A DNA stretch of 64,000 bases from NCBI GenBank assembly GCA_950097015.1, contig CATNEN010000025.1:5146001-5210000 (forward strand), given 5' to 3'. The stretch is from Macrostomum hystrix (taxonomy: Eukaryota > Animalia > Platyhelminthes). Numbering within the stretch: position 1 is the first letter of the stretch; each line of letters begins with the position of its first letter. Positions 23,195 through 36,284 of this stretch are shown piece after piece. The position numbers were made by a program, and so were the translations under genes. The notes beneath the pieces were generated by a model. The model was not told the DNA's origin and made no database searches. It saw only the letters and a program-made list of their open reading frames with translations.

Positions 23195-25377
23195 ACAGCT
23201 CAGTTTCCCAGGTTATTATACGGACGCCAGACTACGAGATCAGCAACAACACTAAATACTGTCGGACACCCCACATTCTGATCGAGTATCAACACTACAA
23301 TCAATCAGAAGTCATGGCGTTCACGTGAGCCTGCGCAAAATACATCAATATTCTAGAAGTACAAAGGTTTTGTCCAAAAATACAGTTGAGAAGCCGATTT
23401 GTAATTTTTTATTGCAAAATTAAACACGTATCGATGTGACATGAGAATGCTCATCTTGATTTTTATTTGCGTATCCGTACCTTCCGCCTGTCCAGACGAA
23501 ACACAGCGCATTTCTCTCCTAATCCTATAAGAGAGAATCCTAAACTATAGTTGTATAGTACTATATACTCGTACTATATCCTATATATTATACTACATGT
23601 ATATACTATGGTTTATAGCATCTGTGTGTGCTGGTGCATTGTTTTAAAAACGTGGCAAATCTCGTTGTCAAAAACTTTTCTCTTGGACCCCACTAAGTTT
23701 CTTATAAAAAGTTAAGGAGGCAGATTTTTGCAGAAAAACTTGCTACGGAGATTGTGTATTTTTCGACAAAAACCTGTCTCCTGAACTATCCCTAAGAAAC
23801 TTTGCATTCCGTCCTTCAACTCCTATAGTGGTGCGTTGTCCATAAATATCGTGGACTATAACTTATTCTTTACAGAACTTTTCATTAAACCTTTACTAAA
23901 CTGTATGCATGATCCGAATCCTGATAATCGGCTCTATTAGCTGTTAAATGCTTTATTTAGAATTAAAACCATTGCTAAGGTAAAAAAAAAATTTATGCAG
24001 CGGACATCAGTCCGAGCATCCCGGGAATCGTAAGGAGCACGATTGGCAGTGCTCAACTGGTTCGGCAGTTCGACCCCACCCTGGGCATGAGCTTGGTAGA
24101 CTGCAAATTGAATAACTGGGCAGTGCTCAACTGGTTCGGCAGTTCGACCCCACCCTGGGCATGAGCTTGGTAGACTGCAAATTGAATAACTGGGCAGTGC
24201 TCAACTGGTTCGGCAGTTCGACCCCACCCTGGGCATGAGCTTGGTAGACTGCAAATTGAATAACTGGGCAGTGCTACGCAAGCAACTTTCAAAAGTTCCT
24301 TCACCCGGAGAGGGGCGTTTGCTACCACTTCATCAAGGAGCCGTTGATAAAAAGCATGAGCCTGTCTGAGCTGACAGAGGCTACTCAGCAGGTTCAGCTT
24401 TCCACAGATTCAACAGATTCAGTCGGCAATGGCCCCGATAATGGGTTCATTGTGTCCAAAAGATTCGTTAAAGAGACTTTGGATTCAGGTCCTATTAACA
24501 ATATCGCATTTGACGTAAGAAAGCTCAGATTGTTTTCAGACTGTTTCACAGTTAAAAGACCAAGCTATTTTACCCTGGGGAGGACCACGGACCGAACGGG
24601 ACCTTTCCCTGGGTGTCGCAAGCAGTGGGAGACGCCAAGGCTCAGAAGTCTGAGGTCAAAGTGCGACTGGACAAGACAGTTCGGTTCTCCAAGCCCGCAC
24701 CACAGGACTGTATTGAAACTTTGTCACCTGTCACGTACATGATTGATTACTGGAAGCCTGGAAATCTACCGGACAATAGTACGTAAGTGGGTCTTCATTT
24801 TGAGAGTTTTAAGGATACCTCTGCTTGAGGACGCCACTGAAAGTGCCCAGAATGAGAGAGGAAGTACCTGAAAATAATTTGTACTTGGCAAGCATCACAA
24901 AGCGCTAGTTAACACTTCCATATCGATCGGGGAGGCTTAAAGCGACGCCCCCAGACAACCCTCTTGGTTGAAGACAAGAGTTAAGCGCATGTACAAAGTA
25001 ATGCTCGCAATTAAAAATTTTTATTCCAATTTAAAAAACTACTAGCCGATATGGGTGGTGAGTTCTCTGTTGGGCTGTTTTGGGCCAGCACAGCCGCAGC
25101 TATTGCGCGGCGCATCGTTTGCGAGCTGATTGAGCTTTCAGTCTACATCTTCATGATGGTAAAGCATCTCACACCGCAGCGACCTGACCAACGTGCAGCC
25201 CAGCAAAGTAACGGTGACGGAGACACTGGTGCCGCTTACGTTATATCGGAGCTGCCAACTGGGACATCCAACAATGCTGAGTGCTCAGAAAGTGGCTACA
25301 GCGCGGCTGGGGTCAGTGGAGGTGACACTGAAGTTGGCAGTGGGCCATTGGAGAGCAGCCGATCGATTGCGATTTGA
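23195..25377 (+). pseudogene. DEG/ENaC locus B, deleted relic
   Basis: Homologues of exon 7 (23195-23324, ...NNTKYCR), exon 9 (24001-~24512, with a frameshifting 74-bp triplication) and exon 10 (to ~24782). Then the last codons of exon 12 (LADMG, ~25042-25056), a SINE fragment and the final exon (VCELIELS..., to 25377). Exons 1-6, 8, 11 and most of 12 were not found. Confidence 0.8.
24045..24275 (+). repeat. 74-bp exact triplication inside a dead exon
   Basis: Unit starts at 24045, 24119 and 24193, with a partial at 24267. Confidence 0.95.
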
Positions 25378-27041
25378 GAGCTCGTTTAAGCTTGTGTTGT
25401 TGCAGAGGTCAAATTGTTAAATTTAAATTCAAATAAAAAGTACCAATGTCAACTTAAGGCTCTAGAATAGAGCCCGAGGTCAACCCTTGAACCAGCTACC
25501 AACTGAAACCAGTAGCTGGTCGATCCAGGTGCAAGAAAATCGGCACAATTTAATAAAAAGGATCGATATTTAATATTTATGAACTCACTCTTTTTATTGT
25601 CAATTTCATTCAAGAGTATCCACAATGCACCGTCGATCTTGCCAGTTTAATTTTGATGCGAACCGTAAACTGTAAGCAAATATACTTTTCTTTGCTAAGA
25701 CGCGTCACCACTACAGACGAGCAACGCAGGCGTTGTACAGCCTTGTGGGCCATTAATTATATGACAGCTCTTTTTGTTTTCGGTTTCCAAGTAAAGTTCT
25801 TTCTGTTTTGACTCTAAATTCTCGTAGATCAGAGAGAGTTTCACTGTTATGCATCGGGGTATTGGCAGCTGCAAGCATAGGTATGGTATCATGCTGAACT
25901 CTAAATCCCTTATCGTACTTGTAAATATAAACAAGCGTAGGTATGCGACCATAGCAGACTCTAGTAGGCGCAGTTGAGTGCATTTTTTATTCTTGTTGTA
26001 CCTCTGCGCTCTTTGACAGGTGAGATGCGCCAGACGAGACCCCTCAGCTCTCACAGTTTAATCAGTTGATTGCCGGAACCACCTGAGAGTTATAACAAAC
26101 CAATTACGGATCACTCATCAGTGAGACACTGAGGCTGACAAGTGGGGACTCACGTCTCTCATACTTCCCTCCTACGTCGGTTTAAGCTCGCAGGATGCGG
26201 AATTTTCCACCTGAAGCAGGATACTTGCGCCCGGATCCTGCCGGGCTCCCAGGGGCGTCCGCACGCCAACAGATCCCAAACCCAGCTGCATGATATAAGC
26301 AACGCAGCGCTCACTCATAACTAATGCGAGAGCCTACCTTAGTTTGGACAGCTTCAGTGCATGCAACTATACGGGTGAGCACTTATTGCACTTATTTTTC
26401 GCTCTGCTTGTCAAGTTAATTTTTTTATTTTGCGCTTTATTTTAAAACTGTAAAACCTATATTGAGCATGCAGTTTACCGATTAAACCTGCTCGTAAAAT
26501 GACTATAAACCTAAAGTATAAAAATTCATGAAGATACTCACTGAAAACATTCAAATATGGGCGCGAGCACTTTAAATAACAGAAACCATGTATTTTTGCC
26601 AGGCGTATCATAACATTGATTCTAAGCGTGATTAACGGTATTATAACATAACATACCAAATTAATCTGGGCTAAGAAAGGCAATTCAGAATCAGAAGTCA
26701 ATAGGAGCTTCGGAATCCTAAAGGGAATCAGTTGGTGCCCTCGGTCAAGAAGCTTAATTCCCAATTGCTTCATTTCACCCAGGAATACCTGGCGCTATGA
26801 GACACCAAACAAGACGCTGGCGCCCCAGACTCTGCCGGCGTAGAAAGAAATTGACGTAGAAAGTTATTTATCAACGAGGCCTCTGATTATAAAAAGCTAA
26901 AAAATTGGGCATGCAATCGGGCATGTAATTGGGCATAATTACACTGTGTAACACTGAGCCTGACAATAGACCGGTCATACAGGCACTCAGCTGCACTGTT
27001 TCGTAAATTTAATTCACATTGTCAACAAAATTCAGCAGATT

Positions 27042-30000
27042 ATGACGGACAGCGAGAAGCAAAGCACTGATCAAAGCTCATCGGATGAACCGGAGGGCCA
27101 GTCTGGTGGCTTTGGCATTGCGAATTCATTCCGCGAGTTCGCACAGTACACCACCGCGCACGGACTGGGTCGCTTTGCCGCCCAGACCACTGTTTCTGGG
27201 CGCGCGATCTGGTCCGTATTTCTTCTTGCCACCTACAGCGGATTCGCCTATCATCTGTTCACTTTGGTTGACAGGCAAGAAATAGCTGGAAACACAATTG
27301 GCACAGCTCTGGAACCTGTGATTCAAGGGATGCGATTCGGATCGATATAATCTCATTAATTAGGAGACTGTCCCATATGTATCTCCCACCTCGCAGGTTC
27401 ACGAGCACACCCCTGCTGACTAGCCTGGCCACATCTCTGCCGTACGAGTTCCCGGACGTGTACATCTGTCCCCAGAACCCCGTCTCAATGAGCAAGGCCT
27501 ACGAGCCGTTCAAAAAGGATGTGGTGTCCAAACTGCGCGGACTGAAGAAAGACTGCAACACCTCCTGCCAGGCGCAGCTGAGCTACTTCTTGGAATCCAA
27601 AACGCCCCTCAGCACACCGATGTATGTATTCAGAGACACTGTTTCGGCTGTCGAGTCTGCCATTATGGAAATTTATAACGACAAGAGAACGGGTATGTTA
27701 TTGTTGTGAATTGATTTGGTAATATAAGTTATAACTAGGGTATTTTAAGAGTCCACCAGTTCAGGAGAGCCTCTCAATTAAACTTTATTTTCAGCTGGAA
27801 ACACGAGTCAGTGCCGCTTCACCAAAGACGGAACTGAGTATACTGGAAACAAGAACACAGTGCCGATTTTCGGAAATAGCATGCTCATCGTCCAAGCACC
27901 GGCCAATCTCTCGCAGCCGCCCCTCGTGACGGAGCTGTCTTGCATTCCATGGAATGAGGCAGCTAGGCAACTCAGGGACGCTGGATTGGGACACATGGCG
28001 GACAGGATTATGGCGCTGAATCTTTTAGATGGTGACGCCAGGTGTCGCGCTCCCGCTGGCCTACCTTTACAAGCTTTCGATAACTATACAAGTGAGCGCA
28101 CTGGGGTTTGTTTTGCTCGAATATCTGCTCAATCTGTAGAAACTCGGTAGATTTAGTCTGGAGCTAGCCCGTTTAATTTGACAGCGATGAACTATATCAC
28201 GAATAAACCTGAATCAATGAGTTTTAATGGAACCGGCAGTTTTGCTTATGAATTTCAGCACAAATGTACCGCCAGAGTAAAGTACCGATCTGCTACAATG
28301 ACAGTCCAAATAAGCTCTTCAGCTTCAACTGTTTTGGCAGTCAGATTCCAGTGATGAACGATGAACTGTGCACCGAGTGCTGCTTCAAAAACAACTACAA
28401 GTACTACGGCATGCAGTACTACGACTGCTTCTGCAGCAACACCATCGATTCTAGCCAGGAGGTGGAGGAATCAGGAAACTGCGTTTATTCTTGTCCCGGC
28501 CAGGGAACCAAAGAACAGACCTGTGGTGGCGAGGACACCTTCATGAGTGTAAAACAGATCAGAGATACAGGTAAGTGCCAATCTGAGCTAAATAAAAGGG
28601 TCCAGAACTTTAAGAAAACAATGGTGCTCTGTAGCGTCCCTGTTTATGCATCAACTGCCGCTAAAAAGCATGTTGTTCTAAGCGTTGACGCAGTGACGCG
28701 TCATAACGGGCAATCCAACAGTTTAACAGTACTAAAAGCTTTTTCTCGCCCCTTTTGCTGTTCAAGAGTTCGCAAAAATATTTTTTTAAGTTTCTATTTT
28801 CACTTGGTACTCGTAGAAGAAATGTTTATCGTTAAGCAATAAACTAACCTTAAGTTAGTTTATGTTAAGAAATAAATAATTCCTTAAGATTAAGGAATTG
28901 CTTAAACATTGCTTAAACATAGGATGTTCCTGAAGCAGAAACTGGTTTGAACGATCATTAACACTGATAAAGTAAACGCAGATTAAAATAAATTAGGAAA
29001 TTTTTGTCTAGCTTGTTTCAACTGAAAGATTTCAAACACGGAAAAATCTTGCTTTTTTCAGTCGACTTGCCAATATTTAAACCACACGGAAGCTTCTTAA
29101 GTGACTACCTGCAAGGCCCATACTGTTTCTACATGGACCCGGTGAATAACCTGTCAATGTCCTACTGCAACATCCCCTTTTGCTGTGAGTTTTTAGTGAA
29201 GTGTCTAGCTCATTGAAATTCTTCCGTAAACCTAAACATACGTCTAATTTTTCTTCAATGCCTCATAATTCCCAGCTGCGGCCGGGACCTACGACTGCGT
29301 CGTCAGCAGCAGTAAGAGCGCCGAGCTGGCCAAAGAGCAGTCTGCTAAGTATACAGGCAGTCTGAATTACACAGTGTCTGGTCGAGAATGCCTGGTATGG
29401 TCAAATGTGAAGTCTGCCGTATCTAAAAAACAGCTAAGTCTGTCCAGCTCGGACATAATCACTTGGAGCTTCGCTTACCAATGTGAGTCTTAACAACTGT
29501 GAAAAAAACTGAATGAAGTCTTTGATAAAAAAGAATACTAGTAACTGATCACACCCTCCCGAATTCGGCCAGCAAATACCATCAGAGCAGCAGCAATTGC
29601 ACGGTTCACTGTAAGGCTGCGTACGGCTGCTCAGTCCGTGGACTCGGGGATGCCAAACCCTCCCTCAATTACCCCATCTAATGTAGGTACCCATTTAACT
29701 GCTGGGTTAACTGAAGCAATGCAGAATTATTAAGTGCCCTGCTAAAGGACACAAATTTTTCCACTGGAGTCAGGAATTGAACCCCCGACCTTCAAGTCGT
29801 GAGGCCAACGATCTGACCACTAGGCTACAAACCTCATCTCTACAATCCCCATTGAATGCAACTTCAAAATTTTGTTATCAACAGCGCGCTTTCGAAACGC
29901 AATTATAAGACAATATTGTGACTATTGGTGTGAGGATACTGACTATTGGTGTGAGGATACTGTTACTATTGGTGTGAGGATACTGACTATTGGTGTGAGG

Positions 30001-33000
30001 ATACTGTTACTATTGGTGTGAGGATACTGTGACTATTGGTGTGAGGAAACTGTTACTATTGGTGTGAGGATACTGACTATTGGTGTGAGGATACTGACTA
30101 TTGGTGTGAGGATACTGACTATTGGTGTGAGGATACTGACTATTGGTGTGAGGATACTGTGACTATTGGTGTGAGGAAACTGTTACTATTGGTGTGAGGA
30201 TACTGACTATTGGTGTGAGGATACTGACTATTGGTGTGAGGATACTGACTATTGGTGTGAGGATACTGACTATTGGTGTGAGGATACTGACTATTGGTGT
30301 GAGGATACTGTGACTATTGGTGTGAGGAAACTGTTACTATTGGTGTGAGGATACTGACTATTGGTGTGAGGATATTGTGACTATTGGTGTGAGGATACTG
30401 ACTATTGGTGTGAGGATACTGACTATTGGTGTGAGGATAGTTGATCTCAATTGCAACACGTAATTCAACTTACTTTCTATTGCTTTCCCATACAACACAG
30501 ACTACTCGATCGATCGATTGATAATTGAGACAGCGGACAATGATTTCAGCAACAGTACGAATTACTGCAGAGCGGCTCGTGTTTACTACGATGCAACTTA
30601 CTACAGTGCGACAGACGTGCTGCCTGTTGGCTCCAGGCGAGAAAGACTCTTATAATTCTCTATCTCTTGAAAATACGAATACTATCAATATATTATCTAA
30701 TTGAAAATGCTGAATTTCAGCCGCAGCACACTAGTTTCGTCCATCCAACCTGGATGCTTTTACTTGAATGAGGAGGAGAATGAAGTTGTATTCGAGCAAT
30801 GCGAAATTCAGTCGTGCGGTAAGACATCATCAGGCTTGCAGTGTCGTTTTCAGTTTCTATTGAATGACGCTTCGTAGAAGTCAAAGTGAAGGATTGGTTA
30901 TTACAAGTATTTTGGAGCCTAATTAAACGACTTGAAGGTCGGGGGTTCGATTCCCGACTCCACTGAAACAATCTGTGTCCTTTAGCAAGACACTTAACTC
31001 TGCATTGCTTCAGTTCACCCAGCTGTTAAATGGGTACCAGCATTAGCTGGGATAATTGAAGGTGGGTGTGGCGTCCCCCAGTCCATGGATTGAACACCTA
31101 GCTGTACGCAGTCTTCAGATGCGCCGCGCAATAGCTGCGGCTGTGCTGTCGACTGCACATCTGGTCTGATTGGGACAGGTGTAATCAATTATTATTATTA
31201 CTAATTATAGTTATTATTGGAGCAAGCTCTATTAGGCACTTCGTGATGTGTTCTGTCACATACTCATTGCCACACCACATCACAGTGGACGCCAGTCCAA
31301 GCATCCCCGGAATCATAAGGAACAACATTGGTACTACACAGCTAGCTCGACAGTTCGGACCGAGTCTTGGGATCAGCTTGGTCGACTGCACATTTTACAA
31401 CTGGCAGTGCTATGCCAGCAACTTCCAGGAAGTTCTGCACCCAGAGAGTGGCGTCTGCTACCGCTTCATCAAGGAGCCTTTCATTAAAGGTCTGAGCCTT
31501 TCTCAGCTGACGGAGGCGACTCTGGAGGTTCAGCTTTTCACTGATTCTACTGATTCTGTCGGCTCCGGGCCAGAACAGACATACAGCTCATCTAAAGCAA
31601 TAATAAACGAGATCGATGATTTACAAGTTATCAGCAATGGTGTATTCGATGTAAGTCCTAGAACTCTATAAATATGTTGGGAAGGATGTTTGAGAGAAAA
31701 ATGAGTGTACATTTGTACACAAAAATAGTGTAAAATCGAATCAATCGAATCACAGGTGATAATCGTACCGAACGGAACTTTTCCGTGGTTGTCGAAGGCC
31801 CTCAGGGTCGCTAAAGCTCAAAATTCTGAGTTCAAGGTGCGACTGGACAAAACAGTTCGGTTCTCAAAGCCTCCGCCTCAAGACTGCAAGAAGAATTTAG
31901 CACCAGTCACGTACATGATTGACTATTGGAAGCCTGGAAGTCTACCTGCGAATCTTACGTAAGTCGGTTGATTGGCTGTTCGATAGGGTTTGAGGATTGA
32001 AATGACAGTGCGAAGTGCTGTGACAAGCCACAGCGCAGAAAAACTCGACATTCGAAACTCGAAAACTTCCAGATCTCTAATGGAGACCACATTCTCGGTA
32101 GTGGACTCTGAGAAAAACTGGACAAGAAGGATCGAATTGTTAAAACAGCTAATCACAGGATACAATGGAATGAAGTAAGCCTTTTCGACCCCCGTCTCCT
32201 TGGGTTGTTTCCTTGGGTAATATTCCGATACTCCTAAAGGCTAAAACTCCTGACTTTCAGAAGTCCCACCAGGAGAAAGCTGACTTTCCAGACGGGCACC
32301 CAGGAAGACTGTATCAACGAGTTCGTGCTGCGCAGATTCGCCCAGACCTGCCGCTGCCTGCCGACGTTTCTGCCCATTCCCGAGGAGCTGTTCATGGCTT
32401 ATCCCATCTGCTTCAACTCCACCGACATCAAAAACTTGTACACCACTGATCAGTGCTACATCAAGCAGCTGAGGCTGATGAACAATTATCGCGTTGACGC
32501 CCGAGATGTCTGTCCAGCCTCCTGCGAGACTAGAAAGTACACAGTCACACAGACTTCGGCACCCTGGCCCAATGTTCGAAGGCAGGTGTCCCGGACGTTC
32601 TTGTCAACTTTGGCAAAGACTTATGGCTATCCGAACAATGTAAAAACGCTTAGAGGCCCCGGAGCAATTTACTCTGCCTATCTTCAATATTTGAGCTTGC
32701 GAGGAAATATAACGGACTTGATGAACTTCGAGTACCAGCTGCTCACCCTGCAAGATCAGCTAGCCATGCTGTCTGTTTCAGCTGCTCAGATGTTCGGCGA
32801 AGAAGTGATTGAGGAAGAGGCCTACCCAATAAAAAACCTCATGGCCGACATGGGCGGTGAGTGCTTAATTGTGGGCCGCGTCCCACTACGAGTGATTAAA
32901 GACAATTTTATTTTCAGTACACTCGTACAAACGTGAGTTTACGAGCTCCTATTAGGATCTACTGCTTCAACTATCAGCTTTTTAAGCTAGCTGGACAAGT

Positions 33001-33399
33001 TGTATAAGTTTGTATTTCTGATTAATAATTTCGAATTACAAAATACTTTTTCTACTCTAAAATGCAGGCATTCTCGGACTCTGGTCGGGCGTCTCTGTAC
33101 TGACCGTGTGCGAGTTGATTGAGCTATCAGTCTACGTCGTCCTAACTGTGAAGCAGCTTATCACAAAGGGACCGCACAATCGTCCAGCTGGTGAAAGAGA
33201 CCCCAGCGCTGCCTACGTCATGCCAGAGCTGCCGTTAACACCTTCCAAGGAGGCTGAATGCGCTAGCAGCTGCAGCAACGGTGCCTTCGCAGTAGATGAT
33301 GCCGGAGGTAACAGCGGGGAAGTCAGCAAGAGGGGTGACAGCGTCAAAGGAGGCAAGAATGATGGCCACGATGGGCCAGTTGAAAGTAGCAGCTTCTGA
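27042..33399 (+). CDS. DEG/ENaC channel locus C, apparently intact, ~1099 aa, kringle[WSC]-kringle ectodomain
   Basis: Manual exons: 27042-27274, 27397-27692, 27795-28091, 28259-28570, 29062-29184, 29276-29482, 30501-30636, 30721-30818, 31286-31650, 31756-31958, 32073-32174, 32261-32856, 33068-33399. These sum to 3300 nt in frame. Motifs: YTTAHG, FPDVYICP, LVDCTF..CY...HPESGVCYRF, DCINE..CRC, CPASC, LMADMGGILGLWSGVS. Two donors are GC. Confidence 0.88.
29590..29832 (-). mobile_element. SINE family A copy
   Basis: Reverse-strand A/B boxes and CORE-like segment. Confidence 0.8.
29917..30439. repeat. Minisatellite, 21/24-bp units (CTATTGGTGTGAGGATACTGA)
   Basis: Over 20 head-to-tail copies with no unique spacers. 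Confidence 0.95.
30928..31218 (+). mobile_element. SINE family A copy
   Basis: B box, GTGTCCTTTAGCAAGACACTTAAC...CCAGCTGTTAAATGGGTACC, (ATT)n tail. Confidence 0.85.
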
Positions 33400-33469
33400 T
33401 ATTATTTTCGCTTTTAATTAACGGGTTATTTAATTCAAATAACCACTTTTTGTATCTCCCAAAATATTT

Positions 33470-33830
33470 AACCGATCGCCGTGAAAATCCGGAACACGGG
33501 CTAAAATTTTCCGCTCTATCCGATGAAACAACTTCCAGAATTACCAAAAAATTGGCTTCGTCGAGATATTCAACGGTTCTCCAAGGGGTGTCTGGTAGCA
33601 AAAGCCACCGATGTAGGCATATTTTTTCTGCTCATAAAATTACATCATACGAGTATAACCATGTAGGCTATCATTGTTCACTCTATTATATTGATTATAG
33701 TGCAATTTTTTAGTTTTTAACTAATGCGGATTCGCCATAGTGACTTATACAGAGTAATGTCAGTTGTCCTTGTCACCGGGGTCTTCGACAAGAACCGCTG
33801 AATACCTCGACGGTGCTGACTCGGGCGGTT
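33470..33830. repeat. Dispersed repeat with internal inverted segments; second copy at ~63460-63800
   Basis: Shared blocks CTAAAATTTTCCGCTC, CGTCGAGATATTCAACG and TTGTCACC(G/A)GGGTCTT...GCTGAATA(C/T)CTCGACG(G/A)TGCTGAC occur in both places. Confidence 0.65.
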
Positions 33831-34384
33831 TTGAAAGTTAGTTCATTGTAAAGGACAAAAAAATTGATTCAGATGGTGGACCTTCACGCAAATCGGTCAG
33901 TGTGTTCGTAGGATAGGCTAAGTTCCTTAATTGAGTAGAAGCATATTTAAATCAAAGCTGGATTTAATCCATAGTTTGTTTAATTTCGCGCTAGATTTGT
34001 CTCACGCTTATGCTAATTGTACGCCAATAGCGATTTATATTACGACCTGTCCTCTAGGTACTTATATTTCTAATCAAAAAATTCTATATTGATTTTAAAC
34101 TTTGTTAAAGTTTGCATATTTTTGACACTAAAGAAAATGCAAATGTACTGCATGCCATTTATCACCGTTTAAAATTCCGCAAATTTTTGTTCCTAACTGT
34201 GGTTTTATTTTCTTTTTATTTTCTATTTTCTCTTTTTCCAGAAACTAAAGCAGTAGTTAACTATATAAACGTAAATACTCCGCATTAACTAGAAAGCTGT
34301 CGAACAGTTAAAATTAAACAAAAATTTTCTAGAATGCGTTCAAGTTAAATTATTACCTACAAGACAGAAATACATTGTTCGCTC

Positions 34385-34560
34385 CGTGAAGTTCCACTGA
34401 CTCCTGAGCACACACTCACGGACAAGTTGATCTTCCCTGACTTTCTCACCGTCTTTTGTTTTGGAGGTATGGCTCTTATGTGCATAGATTGCACAACAAG
34501 CCCCCCCTAGTCTTCTCTCCTCGACTGGGCCCTTCGTGTAGCCTCACTGCGGATTCGGAC
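34385..34560 (-). mobile_element. SINE family B copy, degenerate
   Basis: CTGACTCCTGAGCACACAC and ATTGCACAACAAGCCCCC segments. Confidence 0.6.
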
Positions 34561-34814
34561 TCGGGACTTCGGTTAGACTGACTGCAGATACAACTAAATA
34601 TCTGCTTTACGTGAGTTGCGTGAGGTAGATATTGAAATTTACTCAATCAGAAATTATTGGTTCTACGTCAGTAGTTTTCCATCTAATATTTTCTGTCTCT
34701 CCCAGACCACAAAAATCCCCTGCTGTAGGCCTAAATGGCTAGGTGCGACTTTAGCTCAGACAGCTATTAGCTGAAACCTGATAGAGGCTCAGTCATAAAC
34801 TCCAGGTAAGATTT

Positions 34815-35058
<244 letters not shown>

Positions 35059-36284
35059 TTGTGCAAAAAGAGATGTATCTATAGATATCCCACTACCCAT
35101 ACCTTAATTCTATTGCTTCAATCTTCTAGCTTAGATTTTCGTTTCAATTTGATACCGTACTTTTCAGGCAATATTTTGCTTGTCTCAAAGGGGGCTTCTC
35201 GTGGTAGTAAATACTGAACCAGAATTTTCTGGACCAATGCGGCCCTGTCTGCGTGACCAGGTGTCAAGCACGTCATTATTCCTTGCCAGTACGACAGCAC
35301 TTGCACCGTATGGTACCAGCAATCAATTAGTGAATTGCCTTTGCTTAGAGCTTGTCATCAAGCGTTAGCTCAAAGTCAAGTGTGCCCTGACGGCGGGCAG
35401 TGTTGGTGTGTCTTCCCTTCCCGTTTACCCTAAATTTACCTCTAAATTTAAATGAAGGTCACACATCTGTAATACACTTCGCATCGGAAGGGAATTGACA
35501 CAAGGGGGACGGAGGACACCTTAAAATTGAAGGATATTTAATAGCTAGATTTGCTTGGCTAAAGTCTGCGATGTCCCTGCAATTTGATAGCACAGCCTCT
35601 GAATAATCACCAGTGCCATTGCAGTCAATATACTGAAGAGCCACTAGCAGATGAAAGAGATGTAATATACTCTAACCAATAGATACCCTGCTACACTTCT
35701 TCGATTTCTTAATTCATCTTTTGAGTGGCTTCCTGGTATAGGGGCCAGTTAAATTCATGAAAAAAATACATGTTATACAAGGAGCTATTTCTTCTTGTTA
35801 AATGGCACGAGGAAGGCTTCAAAAGACGAAGGAACCACGAGCGTACGCCCGATACCGAGACAAGAAGCACCTGAATTCGCTAACTTAGCGCCGCAACTGA
35901 TTATTTAATGTAATTATGAACTTAGCCAGCAACTAGAAATAACAATTATCAGCGATCGCTTGGTCCGAAACTTGGTATTTCGCGCAAGAACATTAAAGTT
36001 TTAATACTTTACTCAAAGACGACAAATGCAGAAGGGCGCAAGAATCTCCTGATTCGTGCAAGGCTTGTTGAAGACCGACCAGGAACCGAGACTCCATTGC
36101 GTGCTTTCACGAGTATTTTAGTAGTCTTTGACTTTATTCAGCTATCTTAATAAGCTTAGAACCATTGTTAGGTTGTGGTTGATCAAAAGTACAAGACCTT
36201 ATCTCTATATCACTCAGTAATTTCAATCGACTGCTTTATGCCTTCAAATAGGAGGTGAATGTGGAGGTGGAAATGACACATTAT

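Noticed and set aside
25640-26340. GC-richer block that might be another LTR
   Set aside because: No TG...CA termini with a matching TSD could be found.
29917-30439. Regular short repeats that could suggest a CRISPR array
   Set aside because: Head-to-tail units with no unique spacers, eukaryotic intron context and no cas genes.
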